DNA of 64,000 bases from a virus: IMG/VR virus record IMGVR_UViG_3300028635_000005; one strand, given 5' to 3'. The notes under the pieces were generated by a model that saw only the letters and a program-made list of their open reading frames with translations, was not told the origin of the DNA and made no database searches. The position numbers and the translations under genes were made by a program. Positions 9,103-19,604 of the stretch are shown here, one piece after another (the first letter of the stretch is position 1; every line of letters begins with the position of its first letter).

Positions 9103-9456
9103 TTATATGTTATATATATTGTTAGTTGAAAGAGATATTTTACGTGATTTAGGTAAATTCCCGTATAATCTACGCCAACCTTTAGCGAATCCATTTTTGA
9201 CTATTTGAGTGTAATAGGCAAATGCATTTTGTGATCTTTCAGGATCATAACCTCTCCAATAAAGATAACAGTCCATAACTGCAAATGAAATGCAATCTTC
9301 TCTATCTTCTTCATACATATATTGATATTTATTGGAGTATTTTTTAGCAAGGATTATAAACATGTTAATAGCTTCTTCTGATAAAACATCATTCTTTTTA
9401 CATCGTATTATTTCTTCCCGTAATTCAGAGTTTTTAACATAATGATTTGTTGCCAT
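9103..9456 (-). CDS. gp55: late-transcription sigma factor, T4 gp55-like (short)
   Basis: HYVKNSEL...EDCISFAVMDC...YDPERSQNAFAYYTQI pattern. Confidence 0.8.
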   Translation of the reverse strand: MATNHYVKNSELREEIIRCKKNDVLSEEAINMFIILAKKYSNKYQYMYEEDREDCISFAVMDCYLYWRGYDPERSQNAFAYYTQIVKNGFAKGWRRLYGNLPKSRKISLSTNNIYNI

Positions 9457-9542
9457 AAAGTTAAAATTTATATAATTTTTAATTTATATAACAAAAGCGT
9501 GATAAGTTTTAACACGCTTTTAATTTTTGTGAACTTAACTGA

Positions 9543-10025
9543 TTATTTTATATTAGAACCAGCCTTTTTAACTGTAATCTTTGGCTTATATTCTATTGTA
9601 TCGTTAGTCGATTTTGTAATCTCGGGAATATTTGGCATCTCAATTTGAAATTCAAGCCCTTGCATGTATTCCATAAAATCTTTTTTAGTTAATTTTGGAT
9701 CATTAACCAAATATTTTACATATGAATCCCGTAAAGAATTTTGTCCTTCAACTAAATTTGCCTGAGAACTTTTAATATCATTAATTATAATAATTAACGT
9801 ATCTATTTTTTTGCTGTTTTCTTTTAATGATTCTACAGCATTTTTAAGATTAGCAGTATCTACGCTTTTTCTTTCAGATTTAACTCCTAATGTCCAAACA
9901 AATGTTCCTATTGCAACAACAGTCATAAAATATCCCCATACGTTTTTAATATTATCTAAAAGCGATTTTATAGGTTTTAAAAACCCTGGCGATGACGTAG
10001 GTGTGATATTTTTCTTTGTTGCCAT
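9543..10025 (-). CDS. hypothetical membrane/coiled-coil protein
   Basis: Single TM (YFMTVVAIGTFVWTLGV) followed by a heptad-like segment. Confidence 0.55.
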   Translation of the reverse strand: MATKKNITPTSSPGFLKPIKSLLDNIKNVWGYFMTVVAIGTFVWTLGVKSERKSVDTANLKNAVESLKENSKKIDTLIIIINDIKSSQANLVEGQNSLRDSYVKYLVNDPKLTKKDFMEYMQGLEFQIEMPNIPEITKSTNDTIEYKPKITVKKAGSNIK

Positions 10026-10029
10026 AATT

Positions 10030-10791
10030 TTAAATTGATAACGTTCTTACCATTGATTTAGGAGCAGTTTGAAATTCTTGCTCTCCCATATCATTTTGTA
10101 TGATTATTCTTATACTATCAGCATCACCTAACGCAGATGTATAGTCAATAACATTAACTAAAATATTTTGTGTAGCTTCTTCTGTAACTTGATCAATCAA
10201 TACCCCAGGAACATAATTTTCAGGATTAGCAAAATCGTTAACATTTTCATATATTACGATTTTATTTTTAGGCACGTATGTAACTATGCCTTCAACGCTT
10301 ACTCTTACTTGCTGATCTTCTCTTGCATTTTCCCATTGATCATATCTAACAAAGCATCTGTTTGTTTTTACTGGAATGTTGCCCTGATGAATTCCGCATT
10401 TAACATACTGTTCAAAGAGAAGTTTTTGTGTTTCTTCATCAAATTTCATATGAGGTTTAGTTGTTATTTCGGGCTTAGGTGAATATTCCTTAAGTTCTTT
10501 GGGATCTACGAGGTAGGTTCTTCCCTGAATCATTACAATAAATTTTCCGTTTATTTCTCCTGTAATAAACCCGGTTTGCTTATCATATTTAACTTTGTCA
10601 TGTAATTGTAGCTCTTCATTAACTGATTCGGGAATTTTGAATGCATCTTGTCGAGAAGTATCAATTTTTCCGGTTTCAAGCATTTTATTTACTAGAGGCA
10701 TTATATCTTTATGTGAATATTTTTTAGTATTCATTAAACACTTAAGTCCTTCAAATATAAGGTATATTTCTTGTTTATTAAATTTTAACAT
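10030..10791 (-). CDS. hypothetical protein
   Basis: 253-aa ORF tightly packed in the structural gene block. Confidence 0.6.
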   Translation of the reverse strand: MLKFNKQEIYLIFEGLKCLMNTKKYSHKDIMPLVNKMLETGKIDTSRQDAFKIPESVNEELQLHDKVKYDKQTGFITGEINGKFIVMIQGRTYLVDPKELKEYSPKPEITTKPHMKFDEETQKLLFEQYVKCGIHQGNIPVKTNRCFVRYDQWENAREDQQVRVSVEGIVTYVPKNKIVIYENVNDFANPENYVPGVLIDQVTEEATQNILVNVIDYTSALGDADSIRIIIQNDMGEQEFQTAPKSMVRTLSI

Positions 10792-10810
10792 AACGGTAAA
10801 GATTTAGTTT

Positions 10811-12886
10811 TTATTTTGTTTGTTTGGGTCTCTTAAGAAATACTTTTTTAACTTTTTTAGGCTCATTTAAATCATTAGGATTCTTGTCTTTATCAAAAGC
10901 TGTTCTTTCTAAGTTTTTATTAGGTGCGCCTACAGTTTCTTCTTTCTTATCTTCTTCATCTTCAGCTGGAATTTCTTCTTCAGTTTCATTATCAAGTTCT
11001 AATTCTGTAGTTCCTTCTTCATCTCCGAATTCTTCCTCACCTTTAGGCATTTCGGGTTTTTCAAGTTCAGCTTCAGCATCAACTTTATCAGCATAAGCCT
11101 CCAATTCATCTGCATCAAGATCTACTTTGTCTTCTTCGGATGAAGGCATGTCACTTAGTAATTCAGTTTGATCATCATCAAATGTAACCGTAGAAGCTGG
11201 ACCTCCTGCAACAGGATCAGTTATACTTGATTTTCCTACTGTAGTCCCGAATTCATCCCCTTCAGCATCAGTTCCAGGTTCATTTTGAGTTCCAGAACCT
11301 TTAGCTGCCATAGCACCTGTAGGAACTACAACTGTATATGATTTTCCTGTTTGGTCATCTTGAACAGTTATGTTTAAATTTTCAGTTACGCTTGTAAATG
11401 ATTCTATTTCATTAAGATATTTTTTATATTCTTCTTTAACTTCTGTTAATTCTTCTTGAAGTGATTTAATTACTTCTGATGCAACAAAATGTTCAGGACC
11501 ATACGTTGAAAATAAATCTATCTTTCCTCGTAACTCAGAAATATAATTATTGTATTCTTGTTTGGTTTCATTGATTTCATTCAATATTTTTTCTTTGTTA
11601 GGAAGAATATCTTCAAACGTCTTAGAAACATCATATCTCATATGTTCCATCATGATCTTTTCAGCCTGAATAGGATTAATATTACGATAGAATGTTGTCT
11701 TATCATTAACAGGATCAAATGTGGTGATAAAAATGTTATCTCTTAATTTGAATATGTCAGCAGCATGATTTGCATTTTCTTTAAGATAAACTCTTTTAAC
11801 AAAATCAAGTTCTGCAATTTCATCAAAATTTTCTCTAAGTAAATTTATCATCTTAAAGAATTCAACATCGCCTGTCCATTCGGCAACTTTAACAGATTCA
11901 TTTATTTGTTTAGCTGAAAATTCTTGCCCGTCGATTATAGTTTTATTCTCAGTTAATTCTGCTTCTCTATTGCCAATATAAACTTTAATGTCTTTTTTAG
12001 AAATTTCTACGTTTGGAAGATTAATAATATCACAAAGTGCTCTGAAAGATTCATCAAGTTTATTTACATCAGCGTTTTTAATCTTGTGCACATTGTTTCC
12101 TTTTTTAACATAGTAAGAACCACGAACATTAAAAAGAGCTTCATTTTCACCTAAATAAAGAATAGGTGAAAAAAGTTTATCATCAATATCACACTGTGCG
12201 TTATTATATTCTAATTGTAGCTGTGTAGCATCAAGAGTTACAATGTTTAAAATGTCTCTAATAAAAGGATCATAACTAAATTTAATAAGAGTTTCTTTAA
12301 GAGAACTCTTATTTTGTTCAGTTTTCTTATTAAGATAGTTTTCAACTACATCCTCAATAACAGGAAGTAAATAACTGCTTCTTGTTTCTGCCATAGTAGC
12401 AATTATCTTTGAAATATCAACATCATTCTTATACTGATCAACACGGCTAGCAACAGCATTTAATTCTGTGTTAACTGCTGGTAAGTAATTAAAGCCCGAT
12501 AATGCAGAAATAAATTCTTCATAAAGAAGAACTTCCGGTATATTTTGTTCAACCTTATTTCGAAAATTTTCAAGAACTATTGATAATGTTGGGTCAAAAC
12601 GAGATTCATTTTCGATTAATCTATTTACTGCAGTTCTAACGCCTAAATTTTTAACACTATATATTCGTTTTTGGTTATCAACCCATTCTTTAATATAAGA
12701 ATTGGAAGCATATTTATTTAATCCTTCAAATAGGTTATATAATGCAACTCTTTCAATTTCATGTTGAGCGTCAAATGTAACTCCATTATAAATTGCGGAA
12801 CTAATTGCGCTAATTGCTGTTTCGCATAATGTTTTAACTTCATTTATAGACGTTTTTGTCTTTAATTCATTAATTTTTGCTATCAT
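10811..12886 (-). CDS. large hypothetical late protein with acidic disordered C-terminus (probable start MIAKINE)
   Basis: About 690 aa; the late motif at 12924-12932 lies inside the longer ORF call, which points to the ATG at 12886. Confidence 0.65.
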   Translation of the reverse strand: MIAKINELKTKTSINEVKTLCETAISAISSAIYNGVTFDAQHEIERVALYNLFEGLNKYASNSYIKEWVDNQKRIYSVKNLGVRTAVNRLIENESRFDPTLSIVLENFRNKVEQNIPEVLLYEEFISALSGFNYLPAVNTELNAVASRVDQYKNDVDISKIIATMAETRSSYLLPVIEDVVENYLNKKTEQNKSSLKETLIKFSYDPFIRDILNIVTLDATQLQLEYNNAQCDIDDKLFSPILYLGENEALFNVRGSYYVKKGNNVHKIKNADVNKLDESFRALCDIINLPNVEISKKDIKVYIGNREAELTENKTIIDGQEFSAKQINESVKVAEWTGDVEFFKMINLLRENFDEIAELDFVKRVYLKENANHAADIFKLRDNIFITTFDPVNDKTTFYRNINPIQAEKIMMEHMRYDVSKTFEDILPNKEKILNEINETKQEYNNYISELRGKIDLFSTYGPEHFVASEVIKSLQEELTEVKEEYKKYLNEIESFTSVTENLNITVQDDQTGKSYTVVVPTGAMAAKGSGTQNEPGTDAEGDEFGTTVGKSSITDPVAGGPASTVTFDDDQTELLSDMPSSEEDKVDLDADELEAYADKVDAEAELEKPEMPKGEEEFGDEEGTTELELDNETEEEIPAEDEEDKKEETVGAPNKNLERTAFDKDKNPNDLNEPKKVKKVFLKRPKQTK

Positions 12887-12962
12887 AGCCACATAATTAT
12901 TTGATTTAATGATATTAATTTTATTTATATATTTTAATATTTTCGAAAATTTTATCCAAATC

Positions 12963-14318
12963 TTATACAATAGTTAAATTCGTTATAACCCCGTAAGGTT
13001 GCGTATTATCAGAAGGGGATAATGATACGCTATGCCCCACTACTGAATTAATTACATATAAGTTAATTGTCTTGTAATCAATATTCCCCGGATAAATAAT
13101 GTTCCCATAAGGTAACGTAACAGGATCATTTTCATCTATCTGGTAATCAACAATATTAAAATATAATGATGCATCTCCTGAATACACAACTCTGTTATTC
13201 GTGTCTCTCATTTCTAATATAGCATTTATAGAAGTATCTGCCATTGGAGATACAAAATAGCCACTATCAACAACATAAAATGATAAAGTATCAATTTCTC
13301 CTGTAGATATATTAGGCGCTATTCTAATTACAGGTTCTCTATATGCTTTAACTGCTGATTCCGTGTCCCATATTATTTGAGGAGGCTTAAAACTTGTAAA
13401 TGTATCAGGGATATTCCAGACATAATATTCATGATTAATTACACCCTTTTCGATATTGGTTTTTACATTGTCCGTTGTTAAAGTCCATGCAACATCTACT
13501 CTATTAATGACAGCATTCTCTTGTTTATAGTCCCATTCAATTACAAGTGGTATGCCTTTAGGAACAATCTTATTGTTGTAATCTGTAGTAATAATTATTT
13601 CGCCATCATTATCTAAGTCTTTTTTATCTACTAATCTGTATCCAATTCCTTTCATGTAAGAATCTGCTTCAACTTCAGTTGTGTTGTCAAACACCGGTTG
13701 ATAGGCTTCAACTTGTAAATTAAATGTAAGTTTTATTTTGTTATCTTGTTCAAACGAATAATTAATATTTTTCTCAAGTGTAACACTTTCTGGGAATCCT
13801 ACTGAACAACCCATTCTTAGTCCTTTATAGAAAATATAAAATGTGATAGTTTTGTAGAAAACCTCTCTTATCATTTGTTCGACTTTTAATCCGGTTATTT
13901 GCGTATCTAGCCAAATCTCACAATCAAAATTTACGTTAAGAGGGATAAGATAAAGAAATGCCCTAAAAGATTGTAATTGTCCATTAACTTCTTTAAGGAA
14001 ATTTGCCTGAACATAACGAGAAGTTGTTCGAGCAGAATCAATCTCAGAACCAGTATAAGTGATTACACCTCGAGGTATCATGTCAAAATTTCCATCTGCG
14101 GGTTTAGGGGCTATACAATCTCCATAATGTGTATAAAAATCTTGCATGAATCTTTCATCGCCTGACATGTTATAATACCATGGAACTTCTACTGTTTCAA
14201 TATCTTCATTAGACCACACTTGTTCATATGTAATCTTGTTATTAAGAATATTAAGCAATCCGGCAATAACTGCACGAACAAGTATATTTTCGTTATTATA
14301 TCTGTTATGTAATGCCAT
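12963..14318 (-). CDS. tail completion/sheath stabiliser (T4 gp15-like) with C-terminal extension
   Basis: N-terminal ~210 aa: IAGLLNILNN...VEVPWYY...IPRGVITY...IPLNVNFDCEI...EQMIREVF. Confidence 0.6.
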   Translation of the reverse strand: MALHNRYNNENILVRAVIAGLLNILNNKITYEQVWSNEDIETVEVPWYYNMSGDERFMQDFYTHYGDCIAPKPADGNFDMIPRGVITYTGSEIDSARTTSRYVQANFLKEVNGQLQSFRAFLYLIPLNVNFDCEIWLDTQITGLKVEQMIREVFYKTITFYIFYKGLRMGCSVGFPESVTLEKNINYSFEQDNKIKLTFNLQVEAYQPVFDNTTEVEADSYMKGIGYRLVDKKDLDNDGEIIITTDYNNKIVPKGIPLVIEWDYKQENAVINRVDVAWTLTTDNVKTNIEKGVINHEYYVWNIPDTFTSFKPPQIIWDTESAVKAYREPVIRIAPNISTGEIDTLSFYVVDSGYFVSPMADTSINAILEMRDTNNRVVYSGDASLYFNIVDYQIDENDPVTLPYGNIIYPGNIDYKTINLYVINSVVGHSVSLSPSDNTQPYGVITNLTIV

Positions 14319-14353
14319 GAATTTATTTTAGCGTTTATTTTATTTATTCATTA

Positions 14354-16075
14354 CTATTCAACAACCACTATTCTTTTCATGAATTCGGGAGGAAAGGCTT
14401 TTCTATTATTATGAATTAAATCTGCTAATGCACCATCAAGCATATATGTAATAGCCCAATCTGTTTCACTTCTTACAGAACGACCGCTGCCCTGGAGTAC
14501 GTTAATTATCGCTTTCCACCGGTACCAATCGGGATCAATTTTAAGTTTTGTAGCAACAAATTTATCGCTTAAAGATAAATAAGGAACTTTAGCAAATATT
14601 TGAAAACGAGACCAATCATCTTTTAAATCTAATCCCTCAAGTAATGATGGACCCATTATTACTTTATTTTTATTTCTTTTTAATATTTCAAGTACTTGCC
14701 TTTTTTCTTCAGAACCATTATACACAAGTATTCTTTTCTTATTTTTATTACTGAGTCCTACAAATATTTTAAGCGCTAAGTCATAAGATGCAGTATGTAT
14801 AACACCATTTTGATTATGATGATGTTCAAGAATTTCATTTATTTTACTGAATAACCAAGGAAGATTTTCGTCTATTTGATTATAAGTCATTCTTCTTTGA
14901 TTATAAAAATATATTGGTGATTTTGAGAAGTCAAAAGTCGATTCCATTTTTATATACTTAGCATCTTTAAGCGCAATGCTTTTTAAATATTTTGTAGGGT
15001 CTGCAAATGTAGCACTCATTAAAATTGTAAAACCCGTCCATTGGTGAAAATACTTATGCATCATATAAGATTCCTGAAGACAATTAAATGTTAATTCATT
15101 TTCACCTGTAGGGTTTTTAACAATATTTCTTACTGAAGTTTTGTCTATAATTTCATTAAAGTCTTCAACTTTACAATGCAAATCTTTTAACCAGTCTGAT
15201 AACCAAAGGGCTTCTCTCCATTCCTTTGGAGGATCAGTATCAGGATAATCATCATTAACCTTTGTCTTTAATGTTTCTATGGATGGAAGATATTCTTCAA
15301 ATGATTCTTCTATTTCTAAAAGTATCTCGTGAAGTTTATCTTGATTTTCTGTTTTAAATAATTTTTCAATACATCGTTGAATATTTCTATAATCTATATA
15401 ATGATCTTTAACTTTAAAAACTGCAAAAAATTCGGTTAATTTCTCAAGTTTTTCAGTTGTTTTAGGATCAAATCTTGGGGAATAATGGTTTTGAATTATG
15501 TCAAGAATTTTATGCCCTTCATCACATATCGTAAAATGTCTTGGCGGAAATAAAGGCTCATCAATAGTTTTATTAACATAATTTTGCATGATCAACCAAT
15601 ATGCATAATTTAATAATGCTGTAGGCGATTTTGAGGCTAAATCTCTAACCACAAAATAGGGACATGAATCATAACAAGGCATAGTGCGTGGGGGTTTATT
15701 TCGAATTCTACAAGTTCCTAAGGAATTTTTTTCCATATTGTCAATGCAGAGATAATTATCCACACCTTTTATTGAACCCCAGTGTAAATTAAAACGATCA
15801 AAATCTTTTTCATATTGTTCTTGAAGAGATAAATCAGATGCAAGAATGTATCCTTTAAGCTTTTGTTCGTTAAGAATCCAAGCAACAGCCATACCAATTA
15901 ATGATTTACCACTACCCACTGGGGCATCTATTATTACAACATTCTTGGATTTATCAAAGTAAGTCTTAATAACTTCTATTATTACATCTTGTTGTCCTTT
16001 TCGCCAAACAAAATTTTTACCAAGAAAAATTGTTCGAAATTCTTCAAGTTTTAGCTTAATTTGTTCAATTGTCAT
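14354..16075 (-). CDS. dinG: DinG/XPD-family SF2 helicase
   Basis: DAPVGSGKS, four-Cys cluster region (C..C..C...C), DEGH, MSATF, EGLDL, LQGSGRSVRSETD. Confidence 0.85.
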   Translation of the reverse strand: MTIEQIKLKLEEFRTIFLGKNFVWRKGQQDVIIEVIKTYFDKSKNVVIIDAPVGSGKSLIGMAVAWILNEQKLKGYILASDLSLQEQYEKDFDRFNLHWGSIKGVDNYLCIDNMEKNSLGTCRIRNKPPRTMPCYDSCPYFVVRDLASKSPTALLNYAYWLIMQNYVNKTIDEPLFPPRHFTICDEGHKILDIIQNHYSPRFDPKTTEKLEKLTEFFAVFKVKDHYIDYRNIQRCIEKLFKTENQDKLHEILLEIEESFEEYLPSIETLKTKVNDDYPDTDPPKEWREALWLSDWLKDLHCKVEDFNEIIDKTSVRNIVKNPTGENELTFNCLQESYMMHKYFHQWTGFTILMSATFADPTKYLKSIALKDAKYIKMESTFDFSKSPIYFYNQRRMTYNQIDENLPWLFSKINEILEHHHNQNGVIHTASYDLALKIFVGLSNKNKKRILVYNGSEEKRQVLEILKRNKNKVIMGPSLLEGLDLKDDWSRFQIFAKVPYLSLSDKFVATKLKIDPDWYRWKAIINVLQGSGRSVRSETDWAITYMLDGALADLIHNNRKAFPPEFMKRIVVVE

Positions 16076-16146
16076 TTATATTTTATTTTAAATTTTATGA
16101 CAACAAAAGGCTTAAGTTTTCTTAAGCCTTTTTAATTTCATATTCT

Positions 16147-16425
16147 TTAAAGTATTTTTGGGACTCTTTGGATTGAGTAATAGTATTGTACTGAATAATT
16201 ACGTCTTTTGTTTCTGTTTTCTAATTCTTTTTTAAAATTTACAATATCTTCTCTTGAACCCATTGCTTCTATAGAAACTTTAGGTTTATTTCCAGTACTA
16301 TAATCTTGTATTTTTAAAAGTGCATACACTTGATCATCATATCCTTCTTTTCTTGCTGCTTCAAATCCATAATCGGCAGGCGTCATTCTATCATAAGAAT
16401 TCTCATTTACAAATTTTGCTTTCAT
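16147..16425 (-). CDS. small hypothetical protein (probable start MKAKFVNE)
   Basis: The ATG at 16425 directly follows the upstream stop at 16427-16429. Confidence 0.55.
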   Translation of the reverse strand: MKAKFVNENSYDRMTPADYGFEAARKEGYDDQVYALLKIQDYSTGNKPKVSIEAMGSREDIVNFKKELENRNKRRNYSVQYYYSIQRVPKIL

Positions 16426-16426
16426 T

Positions 16427-16636
16427 TTATATCCATTTATTTTCAATTCGTTTAATTACAGCTTTCATAAGATCCGTTAAATAATTTTGATTTATTTTTT
16501 TCTTTTCGAGAAATTTAATGAAAAGATTATCCATTGTTCCTAATTTAAGAATATCGGTAATGAATTCATACGAAAGATCATCCATCGTATATGATTCTTG
16601 TTTCTTTTCATTCAAATGTTCTCTGACTAATTTCAT
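16427..16636 (-). CDS. small hypothetical protein (MKLVREHLNE...)
   Basis: 69-aa ORF sharing the N-terminal motif family. Confidence 0.55.
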   Translation of the reverse strand: MKLVREHLNEKKQESYTMDDLSYEFITDILKLGTMDNLFIKFLEKKKINQNYLTDLMKAVIKRIENKWI

Positions 16637-16902
16637 ATGAAAAATAATTCAATAATTTTCCAAAGAAATATCGTGGCCCAACCCCCACATATAGTGTAGA
16701 AAAAATCATAGTAATCGGGAGTTCCTCTTTTAAGCCATTTATCCCATATAACTTCCTTTCCTGCACCTGCAGCAACAGTAAGTATTGCAGCTACTCCAGC
16801 ATCCCATCCATAGACAGGAACATGAACAAATAATACAAAAAATACAAGAGTAATTAAAGATATAATTGCTCCAGCAATAAAATGTTTTAAGTAGTGATTC
16901 AT
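16633..16902 (-). CDS. small membrane protein
   Basis: 89 aa with three hydrophobic segments; KHFIAG...GKEV.WD. Confidence 0.6.
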   Translation of the reverse strand: MNHYLKHFIAGAIISLITLVFFVLFVHVPVYGWDAGVAAILTVAAGAGKEVIWDKWLKRGTPDYYDFFYTICGGWATIFLWKIIELFFI

Positions 16903-16917
16903 GCTTATATTTTTATT

Positions 16918-17538
16918 TTAAATTTCAAAATCTTCATCCTCAGATTCAACCCATTTTCCACAGTACATACATTGCCCATGTCTATTTATGTATCTTGAAC
17001 AGTCATGTTCAGGAATTTCTTCATCTGTTTGAGGATCAAACCTACGAGATTCTTTTACGTCTGTATCATCATAATCTTCAAATACCATACGAGCTCTATT
17101 AGAAATATTTTTGTTTTCAAGAATAATGTCTTTAAGAAAGATCTTTTTTAATTTGCCATCTTTAAGCTTAAATAAAAATGCATTATCTCCAATTTTTGCC
17201 ATAGGAACACCATTTTGAATTTTTGAAAGATCTCCTTTTAGCCTAAATACAAGAGTTCTTCTTGAAAATTCAGGCGCTTTAATCTCATTACTCAATGCTC
17301 TAAATAAATTATTATCAAATGCATCTTCATCTTCAACTGCTATTTCCTCTGCATTTTCCATATCAGATGTATCAACATCTATATCATCCATGTCAATTGT
17401 TTCATCGTCTTCAATATCGTCCCATGCATCAGTTGTATCAATACCATAAGATTTTCTTATAGGTCCCTTTGCATTTTTTCTGGGTCTTCCACGTTTAGCG
17501 AATTCATATAAAGATTCTTCAATCATTATTCTTTTCAT
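16918..17538 (-). CDS. hypothetical protein with AT-hook and C-terminal Cys/His cluster
   Basis: KRGRPRK at residues 15-21; acidic linker; HDC...HGQCMYC. Confidence 0.6.
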   Translation of the reverse strand: MKRIMIEESLYEFAKRGRPRKNAKGPIRKSYGIDTTDAWDDIEDDETIDMDDIDVDTSDMENAEEIAVEDEDAFDNNLFRALSNEIKAPEFSRRTLVFRLKGDLSKIQNGVPMAKIGDNAFLFKLKDGKLKKIFLKDIILENKNISNRARMVFEDYDDTDVKESRRFDPQTDEEIPEHDCSRYINRHGQCMYCGKWVESEDEDFEI

Positions 17539-17546
17539 ATATTCTT

Positions 17547-17846
17547 TTATTTTTTAGATTCATATTGTTTAACAGGTCTAATTCTGCTTCTATAGTTATG
17601 AACTCTTCCGAATTTATCAAGCCAAAATCCTTGTTCTGCACATTTATAACAAACACCTCTTTCGTATTCTCCATGAGTATCTCTTCCACATGCTGGACAA
17701 GGCATTGGTATATCCCAATCCCAATCATCTGAATTTTCGTATTGGATACGACTTAGCGGATAATGCGCTGTTCTTTCATTATTTCTAAGATCGCTATGAG
17801 TTGCAAATGGTGTATCGTTATTTCTATCTACGAATTTAGCTCTCAT
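17547..17846 (-). CDS. small Zn-ribbon protein
   Basis: CPAC...CYKC; late motif at 17858-17866. Confidence 0.55.
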   Translation of the reverse strand: MRAKFVDRNNDTPFATHSDLRNNERTAHYPLSRIQYENSDDWDWDIPMPCPACGRDTHGEYERGVCYKCAEQGFWLDKFGRVHNYRSRIRPVKQYESKK

Positions 17847-17886
17847 TAACTATTTTATTTTATATATCAAAAATGAAAAAGGAGAA

Positions 17887-19587
17887 TTAATCTCCTTCGT
17901 TTAATTTTTCAATTGTTAAGTCGCTAAATCCTGCATTTTTATGTATTTCAATTTTATAGTCAAATTGTTCAATCGGGAGTGGGCTAAAATTAATAACAAA
18001 TATGTTCATGGCCATTTCTCTCGAAAGTTTTTGAAGTAATCCTATAATATCATATATGCCATCACCATCAATAGAGGAAAGAACCTCGTCTAACATAAAT
18101 ATATTTAGTCCAGGATATTTATGTTTAAGCATTCTAATGATTGAAATTAAAACTGCAAGATCTACTCTTTTCTTTTCACCCGTACTCAATGTATCAACAC
18201 TAATATCAACTCCTAAATGTGACATATTAGGCTCAAAATCTGAATCAAATATTAGACGATATGGGAAATGAAGTTCATTAAGAGTATATTCTATTTCTTT
18301 ATTCAATGTTGGCAAATAACTTTCAAGAATTTTCTTTTTAACACCGGCATCAGAGTACAATTGTTCTAACACTGTAAGATACTTGTATTCTTCATCGTAT
18401 TTTAATTTGTCATCTGATTTTTTGATTAATGATTCTTTATTTTCAGATATAATATTTTGTATGCTTTCAAATTCTGCAGATTTATTTAATTTTAATTTTG
18501 TTAACTCAGCCTCAACAAGTTTATATGATGTTTGAATTTGAATAATAAAATTATCTATTTTAACAAGTCCTTGATTAACATTTTCAAGAGCCATGTTGTA
18601 TTTCTGTTCATTTTCTTTTATTAATTCGATTTCTTTTTCCTCGGTTTTAATATTTTCTTGAAGTTGTTCTTTAATTAAATCGAATCTTGCATCATCAAAA
18701 GGAGTAGCACAAGTTGGGCACTTATCTTGGTTATAAAGATTTATTTGATTTCGAAGATGCTGTAGTTCTTGAGAAACTTTTGCCTTTTGCCTAACAAACA
18801 CAGTTTGAGATTTTAATATGTCTGCTTTCTTTGATTCCCATTCTTTCTTTTTATCATAACCTTCTTGAAGTTTAGGCTTGTATTCTTCAAGTTTTGCCGC
18901 TAATTCTAAAATCTTTGAACTGTTATCTTCGTTTAATTTAACTTGAAGTTTTTGAAGTTCTTTAACAGCAACGTCTATATTATTTTTTATTGTAATAATA
19001 TCTCTGTCAAAAGCATCCATATTAAATTTCATATCTCTTAAATCGGATTTAACAAGCTGATTCATCTTGTTAATAATATCCATTGCGAACAATTTATCTA
19101 TAATGATTCTCTTATCATTAGGGGTCATTGAAATAAAAGATTTAAAATCATTAATACTTAATGATATGATGTTCGAGAAGATATGATAGGGCAATCCAGT
19201 GACCTCTGTGTCTATATATGTCTGGTAATCTACAATGCCAGCTTTTCCAATATCATTATTATCATTGGGTTCCTCGTCTTCTGTATGTTTCCACACAGTA
19301 AGGCTTGAAGGTGATAAATTTCGTTCAATTGTAACATAAGTTCCGGGCGATGTTTCATTAAGCCCTTTAATGTATCCATGTTTATTTAAGCGATTTGCAA
19401 TTTCATCTTTCTTGAATTTGTCTAGTTTTCCATAATAAAGAATTTTTGGGAGGTTAACGAAAAATGATTTCCCATTTCCATTCTTCCCTAACACCATCCA
19501 GAGCCCACCTTCATCTGGAAGTTCAAGTGTCTGAAGTTTATTACCGAATGGCCCGATATTTCTCCAAGAAATTTTATGCAAACGCAT
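17887..19587 (-). CDS. gp46: recombination exonuclease ATPase subunit (gp46/SbcC/Rad50)
   Basis: Walker A GKNGNGKS, CPTC zinc hook within coiled coil, LSTGE signature, MLDEV Walker B. Confidence 0.93.
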   Translation of the reverse strand: MRLHKISWRNIGPFGNKLQTLELPDEGGLWMVLGKNGNGKSFFVNLPKILYYGKLDKFKKDEIANRLNKHGYIKGLNETSPGTYVTIERNLSPSSLTVWKHTEDEEPNDNNDIGKAGIVDYQTYIDTEVTGLPYHIFSNIISLSINDFKSFISMTPNDKRIIIDKLFAMDIINKMNQLVKSDLRDMKFNMDAFDRDIITIKNNIDVAVKELQKLQVKLNEDNSSKILELAAKLEEYKPKLQEGYDKKKEWESKKADILKSQTVFVRQKAKVSQELQHLRNQINLYNQDKCPTCATPFDDARFDLIKEQLQENIKTEEKEIELIKENEQKYNMALENVNQGLVKIDNFIIQIQTSYKLVEAELTKLKLNKSAEFESIQNIISENKESLIKKSDDKLKYDEEYKYLTVLEQLYSDAGVKKKILESYLPTLNKEIEYTLNELHFPYRLIFDSDFEPNMSHLGVDISVDTLSTGEKKRVDLAVLISIIRMLKHKYPGLNIFMLDEVLSSIDGDGIYDIIGLLQKLSREMAMNIFVINFSPLPIEQFDYKIEIHKNAGFSDLTIEKLNEGD

Positions 19588-19604
19588 ATTTTACAATTTT
19601 TATT

